From the NCBI GenBank assembly GCA_965603825.1, contig CBFDEM010000021.1, forward strand, positions 806,001 to 870,000: 64,000 bases of DNA, read 5' to 3'. The notes beneath the pieces are model-generated. The model saw only the letters and a program-made list of their open reading frames with translations, was not told the origin of the DNA and did no database searches. Below, one piece after another: positions 27,245-39,673 of the stretch; the first letter of the stretch is position 1; each line of letters opens with the position of its first letter. The stretch comes from Blepharisma stoltei ATCC 30299. Lineage: Eukaryota > Protista > Ciliophora. Made by a program: the position numbers and the translations under genes.

Positions 27245-30200
27245 ATGTCAAATGCAATCATGATCCAGAACCATACCTGAAAATTATTATTTTTGATAGC
27301 AATATGGCACTTATCCACTTCTCTAGAGGTCATAGTTGCTTATGAAGACTTGAATTCTGATGTGCTAAATGAGGATTCCATTTTTTGCCTTACTGGTACC
27401 TTTAATAATCTAGTGGATTGGCACAAGTGCAAAATTTCAAATATTTCTATGTGCTATGAAGAATTTCAAGGTTCTTTAATTATTCTTGACTTATCAAGGG
27501 ACCTAGATGTCCAATACTCAATTTCTCAGCTATGCAAAGCCCATTTTCTGACTCATTTAGTTTTTCAAGATAATCTTCATTATATTGATGACTGGACTTA
27601 TTCAGTCATTACTTCAAAATTAGACCAAATTGAAGCTTTTTTAGCTGTTCTTAATCATTTTAAGTGAAAGCAAGGAGCAGTTTTTATTGATAAAAAAAAC
27701 TGATATGAAAGAGAGCGAATGTCACAATTTTCTTCTGACTTTAATTTTTTGACTGTTGAGGAATATTCAGATGTGGAGCAGCTTGTAAATAGACTTATTT
27801 TTAAGTTAGGAGCAACGCTTTATTATATTATTACTGATTCTGAGGACTCTTTACAAATACAAAATTTTTTAAAAGCTGCGAAGCTTTTAACTATTGGAAA
27901 TGGAATAATTCTTAACCAGAGAAGCGGCTATCTATGTGATAGTGATGGACTACTAATAATTACTGATTCTGGACAAGAAGCATCATCTTCTTCAGAAGAA
28001 TATTATCTAAATTCTGCTATTAGTACAATATCTTATATTTTGAGCAATATTTCAAAGGAAAATGCTCTAGATATTATTTCAGCACTCCAATTAAAATTTA
28101 AAAATCATTATAATGAAGGCAATTTTTCCATTATTAACATCCAGAATGGAGAGAGAGTGATTGTAGGGTCAATTATAAATAAAAGCCTCACAATAAATAA
28201 AAATCTGTCTTTTCCTGGAGAATCAAGCGCTATTCCAAAATCCACAAAAAAGGTGATTAATTTAAGTATAAATGCTGGATCAAGTAACCCAGATTCCTCA
28301 CCTGCATCCCCCGGCTTAATATTAGGCTCAAAAGGTGTGTATATAGTTAAAGACAAAATTAACGAAGGGAGCAGCAGTCTTTTATCAAATTTCCAGCTTG
28401 ATTTCTTTAATTATGACTGTGGAGCGACTGTTTTTAATTCAACATTTGCTATGAATTGTTTAAAAAAAGATATGGACAAACTTGGAGTTGCATATATGTC
28501 TTCAGGAATGTCTAATATAGCGATAGGCATATTAGGACTATTTAAGCAGCTAAACTGAACATTTCCAGTAGTAGGCTCTACCAATTCTGATGTCTCATTA
28601 AACTCTACTGATAAATATCCTATGTATACTCGAGTAAGCATCTCCACTTCTTATAGTGCTTCTTTGACTGCTGTATTGCTTAGAGCTATGGGCTGAGAAA
28701 AAGCTGCAATACTAACCCAAAATAATTCTTATGGGCAACAAATAGCTTACTATATAAATCAAGGAGCCACGCTTGCAGATCTTGAAATAATTAACCCAAA
28801 AAGTTCATGATTTATTCCTCCTAATCTTGATAGAGAAAGTGTAAAAAATTACACATATATGATCCAAGAAATTATTGATTCTCAGGCGAGATTATTGATT
28901 TTATCGTTACAGTTTCCTATGTATAATTATATATATGAAATGTTTTATGATTTAGGGATGAGAAAAGGGGATATTATGATTTTTGCAGCAGCCCCCGATT
29001 CTTTGACAAGTGTAGGCTATAATGATACTTTTAGGTCTAAAAGATTAGAGATTGCAGTTCCTATGATTGAGCTTGATCCATCCAGTTGGGTTGGCAATGT
29101 AGGAAAAGATATAAAAAGCCGATTTATCTCGACTTATAATGAAGCTCCGAACAGTTTTGCTTGTCAATATGCAGATGGTGCTTATCTTATTGCTTATGCT
29201 TTAGATTATATGATAAACAGAGGACAAGATTATACTAACCCTTATAAGCTAGACTCTGCTATAAGAAATCAACAGTTTCAAGGCTGCACAGGCAGAGTTT
29301 CAATAGAAAAAGGAAGCAATGATAGAATTGTCGATGCTTTAGATATAGCTGTCAATAAGCTGAGTTCAAATGATACAGTTATTATTGACTATATTGGGAA
29401 ATATATGCCATATAGCACTCAAGTATTAAAATATACTACACCTATGATTTACCCTGATGGAAGTACTATTAAACCCAGCGATTTAAGAAACGAAAACAAT
29501 AAATGCCCATTTTCTGATAAACTTGTAAGAACTTTTACAAAGGGTAGAGGCCTCCTTTTTGGAATTTGTTTTACCATCGCATTTATAACATTTGCTATTA
29601 CAGTTTTTATATGAAGAAAATGGTGAAATATTTCAGTCGAGCCATTGGCAAAAAAAGAAGAGATTTCTATACAAGATTTTATTGTTGGGCTCACAATTGC
29701 GGTAGAGATTTTTCAGTATGCAGCAATGGGACCTGATTTTTCGCTTATTAGTCCTGCTGTATCTAACGTAAGTGATGCTTTTTCGCTAAATTTGGAGGAT
29801 TTTATGAAATTAAAAAACGGAGTATTCTGGATTGTTGCTGACCTTGTGTTTGCTGGAATTGGGTTATGAATTGTACTTTGTTTAGTAGTCTTATTAAGGC
29901 TTGATGAAAAATGGCATTTTATACCGATATTTAGATATTTGTCAATATTAGCAGACTATGCAATGCCGATTTTAGGCAATTTGTGCTTTATTCCTTTTGT
30001 TTCGATATGCCTCGATATTTTTATTTGTGATCAATCTATTGGCGAAAATTTCACCGACAGCTTTTTATCAAAGGATTGCTATTATTTTTGCTGAAAAGAT
30101 GAGCATTTAGCATATGCGATAATTTCATTTATTGCTCTATTATTGTATGAACCTTCTGCAGTATTTTGTAGGCCTCTATGGCAAGAACTGCAGCCGATTC

Positions 30201-30676
30201 TCCATGTTAAAGCAGTTCCACTATTTTTGATGATTAAAACAATAGTCCAAGTTACCTTAATAGTGATGAATAAAACAGTGAAAAGAGCTCAAGATATAAC
30301 TCATGGAGTTCTATTTATCATAGTTATGGTTATTTACATTTTATTTATTTTTAAATTCAAGCCTTATAATTACGGAAGATTCAGCTGATGGCAAGGAGTG
30401 TCATTAGCAGGTGTTGCATGATTAGCTCTTATATCAGTAATTGGGCTGATACTTCGTGATGATTATACTCCTTTACTAATTATATTAATAATCGGGTGGC
30501 TCATTATCGCTATAATTGGATTTTATATACAGAGAAAGAAGTATCCAAGCTTACTCTTCAAGCAAAAAGACAAAGACACCTCAACTTTATTCAGATTTGC
30601 TTTCACCTTTGGAAAAAGTTCTAGAGCTCATTTAACTAAGATTGCTCCATCTGATAGCAAAAAAGCGAGCCATTAA
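27245..30676 (+). CDS. R4: receptor-like paralog, subfamily B, 1143 aa
   Basis: ATG 27245; track ORFs 27293, 27719, 28859, 29645 and 30143 are in one frame joined through TGA; stop TAA 30674-30676. Confidence 0.87.
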
Positions 30677-31286
30677 GTTTCTATTTGAATAATCAATTAT
30701 TTTTAAATATACTTATTTAGAAATATAACAAAGCTATAAGTTTTATTCTTTAATGAACATATGAGCTAATATTCGAGAAATTTTCATAAATTGCTAAAAT
30801 GAGTATAGCATTGATATAGCCAGATCTATAAATATATTAATTTCTATTTCATGAAATTATGATATTTCAAATATTTTCTTTATATTACTTATATGGCAGT
30901 ATTATATTATTTAATTTTGTTAATTAAATTAATTGAATCCTGAATAGTTATAATTTAGATAATTTTTTAAATTATATATGGTTAGATTTTTGCTCTTGCT
31001 TAAGAGAAAAGTCATATAAAATTTGTCTTAATTTTTTTATTTTAATTTTTCAAATATATGATTTTTAAATCCTTTTGAACAAGCAAAGGCTTTGTTTTTG
31101 GAAAGTGTAATTATAATTGCGATATATTTATGAATTACATTATAAAAAAAATTCATTGATATTTGCAATTCTTAAAAAATTCCAAATCAAGGAAAATTTC
31201 TTATATAGGTTTATTCATTTTGACCATTTTCGGATAATCAAAAATTAATATTTCAAAATCTATTCCCATAACTACATCCTAACATC

Positions 31287-31400
31287 ATGCAGCAGCTTTT
31301 ACTTGAAAATATTGTTTTTGCTTTCAATATTTTACTTGAAATATTGATTTTGCTTCCATTATTTTTCTTATCTAGCTCTCTAGAAATCATAATTGCTTAG
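31287..31400 (+). pseudogene. Relic 5' fragment of a receptor paralog, containing a ~33-bp tandem duplication
   Basis: ATG 31287, then TTTTACTTGAAA(A)TATTG(T/A)TTTTGCTT twice, then TCTAGCTCTCTAGAAATCATAATTGCT (SSSLEIIIA). This matches the family's post-signal motif SLEIIVAY and is followed by TAG. Confidence 0.5.
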
Positions 31401-31710
31401 CTTAGTCCATTTAGCTAAGCTAATTTTAAAATAATATATGCTCATTCAGGCAGCTTATACAATATCAGTGAAGAGTTATCAATAATACTTCCGATCCCTC
31501 TAAATATCAAGCATCTTTGGATTATGAATGCCTTATAATTTTTGAATTTCTTATACTTATTAGAATTTTCTTTCTGGAGCAGCTTCCTTAAAAATACATA
31601 TACAAGCTATCTCTCTTAAATTTAATTTGCCTAATAATAATTTTTAGTTTTTTTTAAAACTGCTTAAAGACTCTCTAATCTTAAAATTGTTTATATTTTT
31701 TTATTCGAAA

Positions 31711-34700
31711 ATGCTAGCTCTTTTCTGTTACTCATTTAGGAACTTTCCTATATTATTTGCGCTCTTTCAATTATCAACTGCGCTAGAAGTAATCGTGACT
31801 TATCAAGAATTTCGTAGTTCATATGAATGGAGCCAAGAGTCTGTTTCAGAAATCAGTCACTTGCATGAAACTGTAATCGACTGACACCTGTGCAATGTTT
31901 CAAGGATTTCTCTGTGTATAGATGAATTTCCAGATTCATTGATAATCCTTGATTTGTCAACCGACCTTGATACTCAGTATTATGTCGCTCAAATTTGCAA
32001 AAATAATTTTTTAATTCATTTGGCTCTCCAAGAAAAATTTGTATATAAGAATGATTGGACTTTTTCGGTTTTGCCATCAAAGAGCAAACAAATAGAAGCG
32101 TTTTTGGCTGTTTTAAGCTATTTTGAGTGGAAAGAAGGAATTCTGTTTTTAAACAAAGAAAACTACGAAGAAAAAAAAGAAATTCTAGAATTTTCTTCGA
32201 AATTTAATATTTTAGACTCTGAAGAAAGCACAAGTTATTATGAACTAGTGCACAAACTTGCCTTTCGCTTAGGAGCAACACTTTATTACATTTTTACTGA
32301 TTCGAAAGAGTCTTTAGAAATCCAAAACTTACTAAAAAATATGAAACTTTTAACAGTAGGAAATGGTATTATTTTAAACCAAAAAAGCGGATATGACTGC
32401 ATTATTGATGGAGCTTTAATAATTACTGACTTTGGGCAGGAGTTGGTGACCTCTTCAATAAAATACTATAAAAACTCGATATCAAATATATTTTCTTATA
32501 TTTTAAATCTACCTCTAGAAGAAACTGCACAAGATACTATTTCTGTACTTAAACTAAACCTGAAAAATTATCACCAAAACGCCAATTTTTCCTTAGTTAA
32601 CATTCAGAATAGAGAAAGGGTAATTGTTGGATCCATTATAAATAATAGCATTACTCTGTCAAAAGATTTAATATTTCCAGGCAGTTCAAAAAGCAATCCA
32701 AAATCAACCAAAAAAATTCTAAATTTAAGCATAAATGCAGGACCTACTAATCCAAATGCAGCACCTGTTACAACTGGCGTAATAGGATCTAGAGGTGCAT
32801 TTGTAATTAAAGACAAAATTAACGAAGGAAGCAGTGAGCTTTTATCAAACTTTCAGCTAGAATTTTTCAACTATAACTGTGGTGCAACTATTTTTAATTA
32901 TACATTTTCTTACAGCTGCTTCCAAAAAGATATGGATAAATTTGGGGTCGCTCATGTATCATCGCATGGCTCACCAGTTGCTATTGGAGCTCTACAGATA
33001 TTCAAGCAGCTAAATCTAACCTTTCCAGTTATTGGGACAACTAATAGTGATTTCATATTGAACTCTACTGCAAAATACCCTATGTTTACTCGTGTTGGAT
33101 TTTCTACTTCTTATGTCTCAATATTGACTGCGGTTTTGCTTCGAGCCATGGGATGAAAAAAAGCTGCACTTTTAAGCCATAATGACAGTTGGGGATCTCA
33201 AAGAATTTATTACTTAAGTATGGGGGCAAGATTAACCCACCTCGAAATAATAAACCCAGAAAATACCTGAACTATACCGCCTAATCTTGACAGAGAAGGC
33301 TTAAAAAATTACACTCATATAATTCAAGGGATTATTAATAGCCAAGCCAGGCTATTAATTTATTCTATTCAATATCCAATGAGTAATTATGTACTAGAAA
33401 TGTTCTATGATTTAGGCTTAAGAAAAGGCGATTTGGTTATGTTTTCAGTTTTGCCAGACACTTTGATAAGTATAGGAAACAATGATACATATAGGCATAA
33501 AAGGGTTGAAATTGGAATCCCTATGATCGATTTGCAATTGCAAAATTGAGTAGGTGAGGTTGGGAGAGATGTGAAAAATAGGATAATTTCTACTTATAAA
33601 GAGCCTCCGAATGGCTATTCGTGTAATTATGCAGATGGAGCTTATCTGATTGCTTATGCCTTAGATTATATGATAAATAGAGGGCAAGACTATAATGATC
33701 CTTTTAAGTTAGAAGCTACTATAAGGAATCAACAATTTTATGGATGCACTGGAAGAGTCTCAATAGAAAAAGGGAGCAATGACCGTGCAACTGATGCACT
33801 TGATATAGGAGTAAATAAGCTAAATCCTGATGGAACTTTATCAATTCAATTAATTGGAAGCTACAAACCTTATAGCACACAAGTTCTAAAATACACGACA
33901 CCGATGATTTATGCTGGTGGCACTACCATAAAGCCTAATGATTTAAGAGATGAAAATAGTAAATGTCCATTCTCTACCAGACTAGTAAAAACTTTTGTAA
34001 AAGGTCGAGAGCTTCTTTTTGGGATTTGCTTTGGCATAGTTTTAATCACAATTGTTATAACAGTTTTTATATGGAAAACATGGTGAAATATTCCAATAGA
34101 GATGCTTAACAAAAAGGAAGAAATTAGTATGCAAGACATGGTTGTAGGGATAACCATTGCTGTTGAGTTTTTCCAGTATGCTGCAATGGGACCTGATTTT
34201 TCACTTATAAGCTCTACTTTATCGAAAGTGAGTGATGCTTTTTCTTTAAATTTAGATGATTTATTAGAGCTGAAAAATGGAGTTTTTTGGATTGTAGTAA
34301 ATATTGTGTTTGGAGGAATTGGGTTATGGATAGTCCTTTGCTTAGTCGTTTTATTAAGACTTGATGAAAAACAGTTTTGTCCTACAATATTCCAGAACTT
34401 GTCAATACTTGCAGACTATTTAATGCCGATTTTAGGAAATTTGTGCTTTATTCCTTTTGTCTCAATTTGTTTAGATATTTTTATATGCGATCAGTCAATT
34501 GGCAATAATTTTACTGACAGCTTTTTATCCAAGGACTGCTATTATTTTTGCTGGAAAGATGAGCATTTAGTATATTCAATAATATCTTTTATTGCTCTGA
34601 TATTATATGAACCTTTAGCTGTATTTTGCAGGCCACTCTGGCAAGAATTGCAACCAATGCTCCATGTAAAAGCAGTTCCACTGTTTTTGATGGTTAAAAC

Positions 34701-35136
34701 AATCGTGCAAGTGATTTTAATCGTGATAAATAAAACAGTGAAAAGGTCTGAAGAGATTGCTCATGGGATTCTATTTATTGCAGTCATGATTTTTTATATT
34801 TTATTTATTTTTAAATTCAAGCCTTATAACTATCAAAGATTTAGCTGGTGGCAAGGACTCTCATTAATTGGAGTCTGCTGGCTAGCTATTTTATCAACAA
34901 TTGGGTTGATTGCTAATGAAGGCTATATTCCCCTATTGACTATTTTAATAATAGGATGGCTCATTATAGCAATAATTGGTCTTTATGTTCAGAAAAAAAG
35001 ATATCCAAGCTTGCTATTTAGAAAAAAAGGAAAAGATACCTCAACATTGTTTAAATTTGCTTTTACTCTTGGCAAGCATTCAAAACTGAATTTAACTAAA
35101 ATATCTCCAAATGAAGGCAAAAAACTTAGTTATTAA
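31711..35136 (+). CDS. R5: receptor-like paralog, subfamily B, 1141 aa
   Basis: ATG 31711; track ORFs 31939, 33571 and 34102 share the frame, and the gap 33157-33570 reads open apart from TGA; stop TAA 35134-35136. Confidence 0.88.
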
Positions 35137-35482
35137 AACCAGTTTGTAATTGGGAAAGCCATTTTAATACAGAGTTTTACTAATTAAAAATCTTAAAAAA
35201 AAATATTATATAAAATAATAACTTAAATCAATATATAAATATCGGTCTCGAGGTCAGAATCATTATAAAATTGACAATTTAAAATATAATAACTTAAAGC
35301 TTTTACATTTGAATTAAATAAGTTGATTATAGAATTATTATGTTATTTCAAAAGTAGATTAAATTTATATATTTTATGCTAATAAAAATTTTTAGTTTTA
35401 ATATTTAATCAAATTCGAAAATTATTATAAATATCCAAATTAAAACAAATATTTTATTAATATAATTGACTTTTTGAGATTA

Positions 35483-38400
35483 TTAATATTTTACTCTCAG
35501 CTTTCGTTCTGATGATCCACTTGAAGGAGCAATTTTAGCCAGTGCTTTATGTGACTGCTTTCCAAATGTGAAAGCGAATCTAAATAAGCTTGAAGTATCA
35601 TGAGCTTTTTTTCTAAATAATAAACTTGGATATTTTTTCCTTTGGATATAAAGGCCATAAAATATTATTGCCAGCCAGCCCAAAAATAAAAAGACAGTTA
35701 ATATCAAAGAATTACCTTTTGTACCCAATACTACTATGGACAATAATGCTAGCCACACAACTCCAATTAAGCTTAAATTTTGTCATAAATTAAATCTTGA
35801 ATAGTTGTAAGGCTTGAATTTGAAAAGAAAAACAATGTAAATGATCATTACTAAAATAAATAAAATTCCATGAGTAATATCTTGAGTTCTTTTCACTGTT
35901 TTATTCATAACGATTAAAATAATTTGAATAATTGTTTTTATCATTAAGAAATGAGGAGCAGCTTTTACATGCAGCATGGGCTGCAATTCTTGCCAAAGAG
36001 GTCTACAAAAAACTGCAAGGGGTGCATAACAAAGTAAGGCAAAAATAGATAAAATTGCGTATACTAGATGCTCATCTTTCCAGCAGAAATAATAGCAGTC
36101 ATATGATAGAAAACTGTCTGTGAAATTTTCTCCTATTGAATGATCACAAACAAATATATCAAGACAAATTGAAATAAAAGGAATAAAACATAAATTTCCT
36201 AAAATGGGCATCAAAAAATCAGAAAGCCAATTTATAGCCCAAAAAATTCAAAATTTCGAGTATTTTTCATCTAAGCGGAAAATAGTTACAATGCACATAG
36301 ATATCCATGCCAAAATTAACCCATAGACAGCATCAACGATAATCCAAAACACTCCATTTTTGAGTTTTATAATATTTGTCAATTCTAAAATTAGAATATT
36401 GCTGAAGTTACCTAAAGTTAAGCTTAATTCTGAGATGTTAGGCCCCATTGAGGCAAATTGGAAAAACTCTATTCCAATCGTAGCACCAACAATTGCGTCC
36501 TCAAAAGAAATTTCTTTTTTTTCAATAAGTTCTTCGACTGGGATATTCCATCATCTTTTTCATATAATAAAAGTAATCACCATAGATATTAAAGCAACAG
36601 TAAAGCAAATGCAAAAAACAAGAATTTTTCCATTGGTAAAAGATTTTATCTCTTTATCAGGAAAAGGACATTCGCTATCTTGATTTCTTAAATCTGCTGG
36701 CTTGATTGCAGTTCCATCAGGATAAATAAGTGGATTAATAATATGTAAAATCTTAGTACTGACAGGCTTAACTTCTCCTACAAGATATTTTACAACACTT
36801 CCATTTACATCAATTTTGTTTGCAATTACATCCAATGTTGAAAAAAACCTATCATTATTATCTTTTTCTAATTCCACACTTCCAGAACAGCCCACAAATT
36901 GTGTAATTCTTATAACTTTTTCAAGCTTATAAGGATTTGTATAATCCTGTCCTCGGTTTATCATGAAATCCAGAGCATGGCCTATTAAATAAATTATGTC
37001 AAAATAATGACATGCATATGAGCTTGGGGCTGTATTACTATATTTTTGCCGCATTTGTGAATAAAGACTTTGGCCAAAGTTTCCAACTCACTGTTCACCT
37101 AGAAATGTCATCATAGGGACTCCTATTTCTAGTCTTTTATATAAAAAATCATCATTGGTCAAAATATTAGCTAAAGTGTCTGGGACAGCAGTAAATATAA
37201 ATATATCACCTTTTCTCAGACCTAAATCATAAAAAACCTCTAATACGTATAGAACTAATGGGATTTGTATGATAAAAATCACAAGCCTTGCTTGAGAATC
37301 GATTACCCCTTGAATTATTTTTGTATAGTTTTTAATTCCAGGTCTATCAAGTCCTGCAGGAATCGCTCTTGAGTCTTCTGGGTTAACTAGGTTTATATCA
37401 TGGGAGCTTGTACCTACCTTGAAATAGTAATAGCCACTCCGACCCCAGGTATCGTTTTGGTATAAAATAGCTGCTTTTTGCCACCCTAGAGATCTGAATA
37501 AAACAGCAATTAAAGGGTATGTAAATGAAGCTGAAGGCCAAACCCTTTGATACCATGGGAATAATGCAGTTGAATTAAAAGAAGAATCAGAATTAATTCC
37601 TATCATTGGAATAGTCCAATTCAAAGAGCTGAATAACTTTAAAACTCCAAGAGCCATGGCTGATGCATAAGAAACAACATGGGCTAGTCCTAACTCATCG
37701 AAATCTTTTTTAAAACAATTCTCAGCAAAAGCCGCATTATAAACAGTAACACCACAGTCATAGGTTAACATTTCAAGCTGGAAATTGCTTAAAATTCCAG
37801 AGATATCTGAATTTATGTAATCTACAGCTAAATAAGACCCTCTGGAAGCTATAGCCCCAACTGTTGATGGGGAAGAATTTGGATTTGTAGTCCCAGCTTC
37901 AATGCTAAGTCTTAAAACTTTTTTATCTGATTTTGGAATAGATTTAAAATTTCCAGGAAAAATTGCACTGCTGTTTAAGGCAAATTGCCCATTTTCAATT
38001 GATCCTATAACTACTCTTTTACTATTCTGTATATTGATAAGGAAAAAATTAGTTTGACTATAATGGGATGGCCAATTGGATCTTAACGTGTTAATTGCTT
38101 CAATAGAATTTTCTGATTTTCCAAGTTCACTAAGCATATTTAAAATTGAAGATTTTAAGTATAATTCTTCAGAGACAGCATTTTCCGAACCCATATCAGT
38201 GATAATTAATGCTCCTTCTGTCGTGCAATTGTACCCACTTTGTTGATTTAAAATAATTCCATTCCCACTTGATAATAAATTTGCCTCTGTTATATAATTT
38301 TGTATGGAGATGGACTGATAAGGCTCAGTAAAAATATAATAAAGAGTTGATCCTAGCGCGGGGACAACTCTCATTACTAAATCTTCAATATCAGTTTTTG

Positions 38401-38902
38401 ATTTTATTGTCAAAATTTCAAATTCTGTCGAAAAATCTAAAAATATGTCTTTATTAAGCCCATTTGTGAAAATTGCTCCTTTATCTCAGCTATAATGTTC
38501 TAAAACTCTAAAAAATGCATTTAATCTTTGATTTTTTGAAGAAATTACAGAATAAGTTCAATCATCATAATATTTAAAATCTTCTTGGACAATTAGGTGA
38601 ACTTTTTTAAATTCTTTGCATATCTGGGATATTGAAAGCTGAGAAGTTATTTCTTGAGAAAGATCTAACAATATATATGAATTGGGATAAAACTCAATGC
38701 ATTCATAAGCTAACATAAAAGGGCAAATGTGCCAGTCAATTTGAACACTGGAATTTTGAAGAAAATTGATTAGAATTGTTTCATCCCAGGAGGTGGATTT
38801 GCTGATTCTGTCACGTTGAATGATGATAACTTCAGTTGAAATTGATTGACTAGCAATTCAGGCAAAAATCACAACTCTTATTCAAAAACTCTGAAGTCGC
38901 AT
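35483..38902 (-). CDS. R6: receptor-like paralog, subfamily C, 1139 aa
   Basis: ATG 38902 (MRLQSFWIRVVIFAW); track ORFs starting 38413, 37054, 36448, 36214 and 35758 are in one frame; stop TAA 35483-35485. Confidence 0.87.
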
Positions 38903-39094
38903 TTTTAGATAATTTTTTTTAAATTATTCAAAGCAAGTTTATTTTATATAAAAATCTGCTAAGCTTAGTTACAATAAAATAAAATGGTTTCTTTCATATA
39001 AGGTTCTTATAGCGAATTTTATCAACTCAGCCTTTCGAACTTGCATATAACATTCTTATAGCGAATTTTCTAATTTTTCATGAATTTTATCAAT

Positions 39095-39360
39095 TCAGCC
39101 TTTCAAACTTGACTTCTCTAATTGCTTGGTAAAAAAGTATTCAATGAGGGCATTTGATAAATCACCAATAGGTATCTCAGCCTGAACTCTATACTCTTGT
39201 GCGGTTGGTACTGTAAGCTAAATACTTACAGTTAATATTATGAGTGTTAGTTCAGAAATAATAAAATTTGGAAACTCTGTTTTCGATTCTAAATCTTATA
39301 TAGCAAAATCTTGAACTGAAGGTACTTTGAAATATTATTATAAAGAAGATAACAGCTGCA
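39095..39360 (+). pseudogene. Relic of the Cys-rich family found at 58.4-64 kb (C-terminal domain only), preceded by short local repeats at 39004-39111
   Basis: Translates in pieces as QPFKLDFSNCLV and IGISAWTLYSCAVGTVS*ILTVNIMS, against SPNIELDFPHPLV and IDTSNWTLNSCVAGAVSCTITANNLS in the gene at 63636-64000. Confidence 0.6.
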
Positions 39361-39673
39361 ATTTATTCTCCATAGATGCTCCAATGGGTAATTTTTATTA
39401 AATATCTGATAATAATTGATAAGATTATTTAGCTATTATTAAGATTCTAAGCTAGAACTAAGCAGCGATTTTTTTTAGTCCTTTTGCAAGTTGATACTTC
39501 TAGTCTTAATAGAGATTTGCATCCAGATTAGCTTTATCTTATTTTTCTAAATGCTATTATTAACCTAAAAAAAAAACCTTACATTTCTCTTAAAAAAACT
39601 TTAATTTTTCTATTTAAATTCATATTTTGTATAGGTCATTATTTATCCAGCAGGAAGAAATAAATTTTTGATA

